A stretch of DNA of 60,446 nt, counting the filler, from Sphaerodactylus townsendi (lineage: Eukaryota), in the NCBI RefSeq assembly GCF_021028975.2. It is 2 parts of 2 records of this genome, joined end to end, with 100 filler letters (N's around TTAATTAATTAA, not from the genome) between each part and the next. Parts side by side here need not be neighbours in the genome. Positions count along the whole stretch, not along the records: positions 29,177 to 60,446 come from NC_059436.1; 1 more part is not named here. One strand, 5' to 3'. The translations under genes were made by a program, and so were the position numbers. Below the pieces are notes generated by a model. It ran no database searches. It had not been told where the DNA came from and worked only from the letters and a program-made list of their open reading frames with translations. Positions 50,781-60,446 of this stretch are shown here, piece after piece (positions within the stretch are counted from its first letter, which is position 1; every line of letters starts with the position of its first letter).

Positions 50781-53700
50781 TCAGTTTCTCACACACTCTC
50801 TCAAGCGTGAACTTTGCGTCATCCTGCTGCGTGACGGTTGACATGATAAGCCCGGTCCGCAGTCGCAACGCTGGAAAATCTCTGGTCCTTGAGCTCCATC
50901 TTTCTGCCCCCGCTTCGAGCATGCCTGTCCTTCTGTGAGAACGGGCTTGCAGATTTTAGTCCAGTAGTGACGAGCGCAGCAGAGTCCCGGAGAGCAATCA
51001 GATGTGCGGAGACAGCTTTCTCCCTCTTGAGCTGTGAGGAGGGATATAAAATGAAATCTGCCTGTCAGAGTTTCAGGCTTTGCCCTCTGCCCTTCTTTCC
51101 TTGTGAGGCCACAGGATCAGTGTGAGCAGTTGGCATCGTCCTGAGACCTCTGCCCTCGTAAGGGGCCCACGAACACCATTGACATTCCCTGGTGGCTACT
51201 GCTCCTGTGGTGCAGTCACTTGAGAGAATTCTGAATACATTTCACTGACAGCTTTGCAAGATGTCTAAAGTAGAACCGATTCGTTTAAAGAGAATGGGGA
51301 TATAGTAAAACAATCATGCAGGAGGGTGTTTTCTATAAAGGTAAAAGTGTCATTTAATCGCCTGAGAGAACTTTAGGCAGTTTTCTCTAGACCAGTGATG
51401 GCGAACCTATGGCACGGGTGCCAGAGGTGGCACTCGGAGCCCTCTCTGTGGGCACGCGGACACAGAGTTCGTCATGTGGGGGTCGGAAAATCACACACAC
51501 CCCACACACACATCTAGGCTGGCCTGGGCCACTGAGCACAACGGGCCTGGTGCCTGTGCTCCAGGTGGCTGCTGCCCGAGGGGGGGGCGCGCAGAGGAGG
51601 CAGAGATGCTAGAGAGGCACAGAGCCGTGTGCACGGGACTTGCTGGAGGCTAGAGCAGGCTGGCCCCTGCTCAAGGGGGTGGGATGGAGGATAAGGGGGC
51701 CAACCAGTTTTTCTAAACTAAAACTTCAGCATTCAGATTAAATTGCTGGGTTGGCACTTTGAGATAAATAAGTGGGGTTTGGGTTGCAATTTGGGCACTC
51801 GGTCTCAAAAAGGTTCGCCATCACTGCTCTAGACCACCCCACTTTATACTGCATTGATTATTAGAAGTTTATTCTTACGTCATTCTTAATTGCCTGGTCC
51901 AGTTTTATTTACATTCTACTTGTATTAAATACTTTAAATCTCCCTTGGATTCACAACATGTTGCAAGGTCTCATGTCCACCAGCTACGTTTAAGAATTTG
52001 CCCACGCCTACAATTCTGTACATAAAAACTTGAATGTAAGCCTGACACTTTTATCTGAAATTCGGCAATTTTTCCCTTTTGCTGATAAGTGAACATAGTA
52101 CTTTCTGCTTTTAAACAAAATCTGTGCTGTCCATCTGATCACATAATCTTACCTGCATCATTTGAAGTTTTGGTATTTTCTTTCTTCTGGGTGTTGCGCT
52201 CTTGAACAGGATGGTGGGGTATGCCTTTGGAAACTGAGCCAACCTGTTCAGTGTGCTTCTTTTCATCAACCCGTGTCATCTTTTCAATCTGGGTGCACAC
52301 ATCTGGCATGGAAGAGGAGAGCAGTGAGTGTCTGAAACTCTCTTATGTCATCACTGCTTTGGTCCCTCTATCCAGCATTTTCTGCAACAGACAGCTGCAT
52401 TCCAAGGAAAATTACGAAGATCTTTCCCTGCTCTGCTATCTGAGGCCCTTTAACTGGAGACATTACGGGGTCTTATGCATGTGGTTGATTAAATCAAATG
52501 TTCAAAAGGCATTCCCTGTGCATATTCCTATTCACTGTTATCTTTTTCCAATGATGTGTAAAGGTCTAGGGGTGGGATATGTTGTTGCTAATGCTGGAAT
52601 CTTGTAGAATGGCTTGTTGATGTCAGAATTATTAATTTTTTTTCTCTGCATAGCCCCATCAAACACTAGAATATCCAATAGTTGGTAGGCTAAAGAGCAG
52701 GTTGCAGCTACTCTTGAAGGAACATTCTAACTTCAGGGACTATTTGGTTCTGCAGGTACTTCTCCTGTATGGTTAAGGCTTTCTGTGAGTGCTTATGTTT
52801 ATTTTCCAGGTGGTACAACAGGAAAGGATCCTCTCTGTATTGGCTATTTCCACTCTTTTCTTGCTTAGGCTGGTGACCAATCCCTTGGGCTACCAAAACT
52901 GCTTACCATTTATGCAGAGTGTCCCTGGACAGCACATAGCGTTGCGTTGGCATCTCCGCCGTAGTCTATGGCAAGGAGAACAGTAGGGTAGCTCTTCCCA
53001 GGGCTTGTGGCAGAACTTCCCAGCATGGCAGTCCTTGTCTGTCAAGCACTGAGCACTCTACGGGAAATAAAACCCACCCAATTTTAGGAGAAAACAGCCT
53101 ACATAGAAAGGAGGAGCAGTGAGTCCTAGCTGATTTTTTGAAGGAATTTTAAGAAGGCAATCCTGATGGAAAACATCTTAATGGAAACAGTGACAAGGAG
53201 AGGTGGGCCGCTTCAAGGAAAAGTTGGGCAGCTCTGTAAGAGGTGCTTTGGATAAAAGGTCTTCTGGCTTAGGATTTGTGGGCAGAGAAAGCACTGTTTG
53301 CTCTTTGATTTGGCACAGTCAAATTGTAATGATTAACCCTTACGATAGTCCCAGCTTTTGTCCTTTTTTACTATAGTTTAACTGCCAATCACAAGAGTTT
53401 TGATCTGTAAAAAATGAATCCCTCTCTCCTTTTTGTACCTGAAACTGAGGAGGAGTTATTACACCCATAGCAGTCCCCAGCTAAGGAACACAGGCTGGGG
53501 TTGACTGTGCTCCTTAAGTTTGGGCCCAAACCTCCATGCTGGTCTGCTGCTTTCTCCAAGGTGCTGCCAGCATATTTACTCAGAAGTCAATCTCATAGAA
53601 CTCAGTTGGATGTTCTTCTAGGTAGGCATGCATAGGGACTGTCTGCAAAAAATGAACCCTGAGGTCTGCAATTTTTTTAAACCTACAGTTAGCCTCCAAA

Positions 53701-53850
53701 AATAATTCAAGCAAACCCTCCTCCTTTTCCTGTGCTTACCTTCTTGGATGTGGTTACTTCAGCTGAGCCCCTGATGGTGTTGAAGTCCAGGACCATGGCA
53801 GCCAAAGAGGAGCAGAAACACGTGATCCCCAGTAAGAGAGCAGCTTCCAT
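50781..53850 (-). CDS. DKK4: Dickkopf WNT signalling inhibitor 4, complete, four exons, 220 aa
   Basis: Exons 53740-53850, 52907-53057, 52153-52302 and 50781-51031 total 663 nt. They encode the signal peptide [30 protein letters not shown]1 [14 protein letters not shown]...[18 protein letters not shown] and CRD2 [29 protein letters not shown]...[14 protein letters not shown]...RLRECVRN*. Tail-to-tail with POLB, as in human. Confidence 0.95.
51393..51826. mobile_element. Non-autonomous hAT transposon with perfect 8-bp TSD (DKK4 intron 3)
   Basis: TIRs CAGTGATGGCGAACCT / AGGTTCGCCATCACTG. TSD CTCTAGAC at 51385-51392 and 51827-51834. CpGs are retained. Confidence 0.93.
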
Positions 53851-54049
53851 TCTTTCAACAGTCTGATTTTCTTGTGTTCTCTGGAAAATGGCAACTCTTA
53901 TCTGTTTCCTTGGCTAAAATGTCACAAAGCAACACACACTTTCCCGCAAAAAATATCTCAAACTTTTGGATTGTTCCTTATGAGAATAAGCTCCCAATGA
54001 CATTTCACCCTAGTAAAACAGGCTCCTGTGAGCATCCCACTTTCCCAGC

Positions 54050-54250
54050 CTTATTTATAAGATCAGTTCTTCACTTTTCCTTCCACCCTGGACCCCACAG
54101 GCTCTCCACCTCCCTTTGATCACTGTTTCAAAACCACCACTCAATAGCCATCGGCCCTTTTCTCTCTCCAGCAATTTCCTAATTGCAGCATATCAAAGTC
54201 AGTTCAAAGAGCCAGAAAAAAAAAAGACGGATGTAGGTATCAAAGCCCCC
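54050..54250 (-). promoter_or_regulatory. DKK4 proximal promoter: TATA box plus four TCF/LEF motifs
   Basis: TATAAA on the minus strand at 54054-54059. CTTTG(A/T)(A/T) motifs at 54114-54120, 54192-54198, 54203-54209 and 54239-54245. Confidence 0.75.
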
Positions 54251-55434
54251 TGTGTATAATCACCTGTATTTCCTGCTCTCCCAGTAATCCCTTTGCAGAA
54301 GTGGTTTTGTTCTGGGATCTGTTTTCACAACTCAAGGGTGATTCACTGGGGCACGCTACCATATCCTGATTAATTAGCTGGGTTAGGGTGAGGATATAAA
54401 AACATAACTAAGTGTTTTGTGGTCGCTCCAAGCAAGCTGCCCTAGCAACACCTGCTTGAGCCATGAAGTTTCTAAATGGAAGACAGTTTTCCTTCATTAC
54501 AACACAATGATAGTTATTTAAGAATTGAGAATCTGCATCCTGCAGCACTCTGGCCAGGTACATCACGGAGATTTGCTAATTTCACTAATTAAAGTTGATC
54601 TTTTGATTTGGGGCTGGCTTTCAGGGTTAGCTAAGGGTTTCAGAACTGTTCACCTAGTCCTGTTGAACCCTGAAGAATGTTACTGTTATGCTGGGAAGGT
54701 CTGGGTGTGTCTTATTGAACAGTTCAGTCCAAGCTAAATTTGCTGGTGAAAGAAAGGACTTCAGTAAGCAGAACAGACCGTTCTTGCCTTTCCTCTCCCA
54801 TATTCAGCATGTTCATCTCAAAATGCACGAATCCAGATGGCCAGGTCAGCTGTATCAAGGTAAGGAGCCATCTTAGGAGCTAGGCTGAGTTGGTAGAAAG
54901 TTGTTTGTTTGGGGTTTTTTTGCAGATGCATTAACTTGTTTCTCCAGTTATAAATCTGGATCCAGGCTTTTAACTGAGTCAGCTAAGTCAGTTGAACTTC
55001 ATCAGAAGTGATGAGGATAACTTTCTTCAACTCCTCCTCCTTCCCAACCAGAATTACCTCTGTCTTTTCAGGGTTTAGTTTAAATTTGTTCACTTTTAGC
55101 CAGTTAGCCTCTGCCGCTAGACAGCAATTCAGGACCTCTACATCCCCAGGAGATTTGAGTAAGGATATATACAGCTGGGTATCATCAATGTATTGATGAC
55201 AACCAATTCCAAAGCTACCAATGATTTGTCCTAAGGACTTCACCCAGATATTGAATAGAATTGCACCCCAGAGAACTCTCAAGATAGGTCCCACACCAAT
55301 GACAACTGATTTCCAACAGCAACCTTTTGAGTCAGATCCACAAGGAGTGATTTGATCCAGTTCAACACACCTAATGATACCTACTTCTGTCTCCAGACTC
55401 CTCAACAAGATGGTATGATGTACTGCATCAAAGG

Positions 55435-55570
55435 CAGTTGTGGGATTCAGCAGGTTCACACCACTTCGGCAGAACCGGTTGTTAAAATGGTGCTTGTAAA
55501 CAACCAGTTGTTAAATTATTTGAATCCCACCACCGAAACCGGTTGTTAAATTATTTGAATCCCACCACTG
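55435..55570. mobile_element. hAT-type MITE nested in L2, with a duplicated right end
   Basis: TIRs CAGT(T/G)GTGGGATTCA / TGAATCCCACCACTG. Imperfect 8-bp flanks ATCAAAGG / ATCAACAG. Confidence 0.8.
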
Positions 55571-55860
55571 ATCAACAGCTGTAAATTAATCAAATAAGAA
55601 CAATAGAAAGGTTTGGCTTCTGTCTACAATCAGACAGAGGTTGTTAACTAAAGCTAGCAGAGCTGTCTTTGTCCCATAGCTTGGTCTGAAGCCAGATTGA
55701 AAAGGGTCTAGATGAGTTGATCTGAGAGTTGATCCAGTCTCAATCACTTTGCCCAGAAAGAGTAAACTGGAGACCAGGTGATAATCGGCCACATAATTTT
55801 TGTAGGGATGTTTTTTTAAGTAGTGGATAAATGCCAATTTGAGTGGCCAAGGGAAGGTGC

Positions 55861-55961
55861 TAGTGGTGGGATTCAGCAGGTTCACACTACTTCGGCAGAA
55901 CCAGTTATTAAAATGGTGCTTGTGAACAACCAGTTGTTAAATTATTTGAATCACACCATTG
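55861..55961. mobile_element. Second copy of the same hAT-type MITE nested in L2
   Basis: TAGTGGTGGGATTCA...TGAATCACACCATTG. 8-bp flanks GAAGGTGC / GAAGGTAC. Confidence 0.8.
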
Positions 55962-57162
55962 GAAGGTACCCTGAGTTAATGGCTGATTTATAATAGATGC
56001 TAAGGGCCCGTTGATGTGGTTCTTAATTATTTTATTAGCCAGGATGGGGAAGGATCCAGGGAACAAGTAGTGGCATTCACAGATCCCAAGATTTTATCCA
56101 CATCTATTGTGGACACTGGATCAAAATGATTTAAAAATAGCTCAGGTGTTGTATTAGCAGACCCATCTACAACCCTGTGAAACTCCCCAAAGATAACAGG
56201 GAGAAGATGACCTGTAGTAGAAAAGACTAAGGAACACAAGAGGTAGTTCAATACACTTTTTAATTTAAAAAATACTTGGTGCTTTGGATGTCAGCAATGG
56301 TTCTTAACCAAAAAAATGGTTACTGTGCCCCAGCCAAGGGTCTGATATTTGGCTGATCATTCAGGAGGCTGCCAGCTGACTCTCAGTTACATGAAGTGAG
56401 CAGAGGGGGATGTCTTCAGGAGACAGAGTGTGGCTCCAGTAGAAGAGTGGGATATGCTTTGCCAGTAAAAGATCCCCAGTTCAGGTGCTAAAAGCAGTGA
56501 CAACACTTGGAAAGTCAGCAGCTGTTGTTCCATTTAGGGTAGACAGTGATAGGCTACATGGTTCACCATACACCCTTTTACTACAAAGGGCAACCATTCC
56601 ACATCACCCCCCACTGCATCTGGCCTTTGGCTTCTTCCTTCTTCCTACTGTTCAGCCTCTCTGGATTCCTTCCAGGTGTTAATCCAGTCAGCCCCTGTAG
56701 TTCCTGACGCTCCCCTCCTTTTGCCAACAAGATTCCCACTCCCAGAACTACCTGCCTGCTGCAAGGGAAACCTAATACTGTAAGTCCCACTGTGTACTTT
56801 GAGTCCCACTGTGCAACAGCCATCCCACAATGCCCATGGAGCCACTATCCTGAGAGAATCCCTGTTTGGTTGTACTCCCCTCCTGCCCTCCTTTCCTCAA
56901 GACACTGTACAAACATCCCCCTAAAGCCAAACTACAGGCGTCAGAGCAGCAGGATGACAACTGGTCATGGTTCAGAAGTCTGGTCTAGAACCTGCAGGTT
57001 GTCCATTGAAAAACAGGAATCCAGGGAGGCATCTGTTGAAGCCTTTCTCCAGGTTCAGACCCTGACAGCTGCAGCACCAGCCAGGGAGCAGCTCCCTGAG
57101 GTGCACATAGAGTTTTACTTGGCTTCATTGTGCGATGAGCCCAGGAGGCTGGTTGAGGTAGT

Positions 57163-60100
57163 TCAGAGATCAGAACGCTCGGGTTCTTTTGGGGATGTGT
57201 CTTCGCTGCTTAAAGTAGAGTCCACATCATACTGCATATTGGCATAAGCCACCTCTTGTGCTAGCTGGTCCAGGGATGGGCGCCCCAAGACTAAGTTCCG
57301 TAGGGAGATCCAGGTCATCAGAAGGCTACAAATACAAGGAAGGAAAATGGATAAATATGGCACCCAGTCAAGAAAGCCAGAAAACTGAAACAATCATACA
57401 TCACATTCAGAAAAACCTGCATTTAACCTCAGTCCAAATTTTGCCAGTCCCCAGCAGTTCTTGGTAAGCCTCTTTGATACAGCACTCCTTGAAAGCAGTG
57501 TGAGAATTGGCAAGGACTGACGGATAGTTAAAGCAAGCGAGTAGTGATGGGATGCTCACAGGAATCCTTCCGAAGAGCCAAATCACGCTAGTCTAAATGT
57601 TATTCATAGCCACATCCAAGAATACGCTGTCACAGGAGGTGGTGACGGCCACTAACCTGGATAGCTTTAAAAGGTGTTTGGACAGATTTATGGAGGAGAA
57701 GTCGATCTATGGCTACCAATCTTGATCCTCCTTGATCTAAGACTGCAGATGCCTTAGCAGACCAGGTGCTCACGAGCGGTAACAGCAGAAGGCCGTTGTT
57801 TTCACATCCTGCATGTGAGCTCCCAAAGGCACCTGGTGGGCCACTGCGAGTAGCAGAGTGCTGGACTAGATGGACTCTGGTCTGATCCAGCAGGCTCTTT
57901 CTTATGTTCTTATGAAGCAGAAATGAGCCAACTAGAGCAGAACAGCTTCATGGATAAAAACCACTGGTTTTATAACCGTCCTTGGAAGAATAGGGTTTTG
58001 CAAAACTTTCTTCCTCTCATTAGGAGACTGGAACTTAGGTCTAATCAAGTTTTTTTTTTACTGCTGCTGTTGTGCTGCTCTTCTGCAATGATGGTTCCAC
58101 TCGGAACTCAATGCAGGGGTGCATTCTCACTAAAACTCCATGATGCATAGCTGCAAAACAAAGGCAAAAAGCAGGCAGCATCCTACTGACATGTCTGGGA
58201 CCTGTCCCATGTGAGCCAGCAGAAGGAGATGAGCATGCCTTCTGTGCCACATCTGGCTTATATTTAGTTGCTTTCAAAAAGAACAATCATACTCTACTCT
58301 AAGTACTCACAGCACTGCTTATTTCTGTGACAAAGGGGAGCAATTTGGCAGAACAGTTATCCTAAAAGCAACCTTAGTGAGGCAGTAACACATCTCAATG
58401 CAGTAAGAGTCTCATGAGGAGGAAGAGGACAGAAGCTATGGCTGGGAACTTGTCCACACCTTCTCCGGAAGATGAAATACTTCTTGTTGGTGAAACGGTT
58501 GAAACGCTCCACCAGTGTGGCATTGCGCCGTTTTTGCAGCTCCTCCATCCGCCGCTCCCGTTGAAGGAAAGCTTCAACAACGGGGTCTGTCTGGCTCACG
58601 TTTTCCAGGGAACCATCCAAAATGGGCTGAAGCTCTGGGGGGAGAGGCTCAGTTTCTATGGGGAGGGAAGGGACAAAAACAACAGATCAGGCTCAGAAGG
58701 TGGCAAGTCCCCCTGAAAACAAAAGCAGTCTAAAAGAGGCCAATGTGGACAAGTCCAGTACAGACAGGTGTCCAAGAGCTTCAAATCCAGTTGGGGGACT
58801 GATTTGTCCATCCCCCTTCGCCACCAGCATGACTCACCACTCCCATTCTTGACCTTCTCCCGCAGAACCTGAAGCCGAGTGAAGTTCTGCTCAAGAGCTG
58901 CTTCAGTAGTGTTGACATAGATATACATGTAGCAGGAGGGCTCTTGGGACACTGTGAAGACTTTATGGTATTCACCAGCTGGCAACTGTGACCAAGAACG
59001 GAAGGAGCAGTTGTGGCAGAAGTAGGTAGCTAACAAGTCTCCCCACAGCATAAGGCTTCTGCAGATGCCTCCCAGTCTTATATCTGACATTTCAAAGAAC
59101 TCGTGTGGATCTGAAAAAACTTCAGGTGCTTTCTATCACAGGGTTCACAATAAGGAAGGGGCTGTAGTGAAAATTCTTCCCATAAAAACTTCCCATGGTC
59201 TTTCCTCCTCCACAACAGTCCCCATCCCCTACACAAAGGCATAGCAAGGGGGAAAAGCGCCCGGTGCGTCCTCTGCCCCCGGAATGCCCTCACCACACCC
59301 CCACAGGGGCACCCCCCCCGGTGCGTTGTGCACCCCCCCACCCTCATCCCCTTGGAGCTACACCTCTGCCCTTGCATAAATATTTCATACATTCAGGTGA
59401 TGCCTACCAAAAAGGTAGAGTGTGCCACTGAATCACAACCGAACTCACAATGACCTAATGATGTCTGCCCTCATGGGATTTTCAAGCTTTGATTTAAGCA
59501 GATGTGCAGGTCATACTTTCTTAGATCATGGGGTGAGTGGCTGGTAAACAACCCTCGCCTTCCTCCTTCACTTGGGGCAGAGCTTCAGGTTCACTGGAGA
59601 TACTGAAAAACCACTGAAGGAGTTTCACCTCCCATACACTCAGGTTCTAAGCTCTCACCTGTATTCTATCTCCTTCTTGCAGTGTGTGATTCATCTGCTT
59701 ATTGACAATCTCCACAGCCACTTCCCCCTTCAGCAAGTGGAGACTGGTGTTGCCGAGGTCCTCACTGACAAAGTTTTCAAGGTGCAGACCTGTTACGGGG
59801 CAACCAAGGCATGAGTAACTGAAACGCAGGCCCCGAGCTCCTCTTGCACTCCTCTTATACAACTGTTACCAAAGGCCACCTCTGACCCACATGAGAAGTA
59901 TGACATACAACTTGCAAGTGAAGGTAAGTTCAGGTCTAATGACACATAACCTACGAACCCTTGACCAAGATTTAAGCTCAGGGTGAATTGGCCTATCCTG
60001 GTAGCCAGCGTTCAAGTCCCATGGGGTACCTGGGAAGTCTGCAATGAAGACCACCTCAGTCTGGTTGTCCAGTGACTTCTCAATTTCCTGCAGCTTTGCT

Positions 60101-60199
60101 CGCCAGGGTGACAGATCAACCAAAAGAGGCTTCAACCATGGTGTCTTTTTGAAGGGTGACCACTCAGCCTGCACAATGTCCACACGTGGGTCAAAGAGT
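57163..60199 (-). CDS. GGCX: Vitamin K-dependent gamma-glutamyl carboxylase, last five coding exons (gene continues beyond the window)
   Basis: Exons 60030-60199, 59659-59789, 58838-58985, 58460-58634 and 57163-57325 give [16 protein letters not shown]...[24 protein letters not shown]...[27 protein letters not shown]...[32 protein letters not shown]...RSDL*. Confidence 0.96.
57627..57914 (+). mobile_element. CR1 LINE 3' end in the last GGCX intron
   Basis: Close match to 29198-29484 with a (TTCTTATG)2 tail. Confidence 0.88.
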
Positions 60200-60446
60200 C
60201 TGAGGAAGGGATGAGTAAAGAGAAAACTGGAGCAGGGGAATCCCAAATCTATCCAAGCAGTGAGGATGGGTCTGTCCATTTCTCTGATTCCATGTAGCTG
60301 CCATTATTCCACAAATTCCTCTTCCTGGATATATATATCAACAACAACTGAACAATGCATAGCATGTATTTCTATTTGAAAAGCCACAGATAACAGATAT
60401 TAAGCTAGTCTCATTTGGCAAAATAGACTCTGCTAGTCCAAGAGCA

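Larger units (their letters stand above)
54930..56140 (-). mobile_element. L2 LINE fragment (RT remnant) interrupted by two MITEs
   Basis: Peptides ATTCSLDPSPSWLIK, LDPFQSGFRPSYGTKTALL, AFDAVHHTILLRSLE and HQYIDDTQLY...KLNPEKTEV. Confidence 0.9.

Noticed and set aside
50719-50922. Apparent frameshift in DKK4 exon 4
   Set aside because: Recounting the C5 run shows the DKK4 frame is intact; the listed ORF is in another frame.

Overview
Vertebrate genomic DNA from a squamate, very probably a gecko (Sauria SINEs, gecko-type MITEs, CR1/L2/L1, Penelope-like termini). The window is two unrelated segments joined by an artificial linker (44 N + TTAATTAATTAA + 44 N, 29077-29176). Left segment (1-29076, human 3p21.3-like order): the last three coding exons and long 3' UTR of CACNA2D2 (with a U12-type intron), an orphan CpG island near 11.5-12 kb, a 5'-truncated L1, and TMEM115, whose first exon has patches of stops and frameshifts that look like assembly errors. 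Right segment (29177-60446): the last two exons of an unidentified Ser/Thr/Ala-rich protein gene (+), a complete 6-exon UFM1 (-) with a 12-aa C-terminal extension, head-to-head with a complete 14-exon POLB (+), then a complete 4-exon DKK4 (-, missed by the ORF track) with a TCF/LEF-rich promoter, and the last five exons of GGCX (-). The most interesting signals are: (1) short palindromic Penelope-derived insertions with target-site duplications, each carrying two minimal hammerhead-ribozyme motifs, where the arm in the host-gene sense orientation is the damaged one; (2) UFM1 in a non-mammalian gene neighbourhood, with an in-frame hydrophobic intron-retention isoform; (3) a candidate unannotated spliced transcript diverging from TMEM115. 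No clearly new biological system can be proven from the sequence alone.
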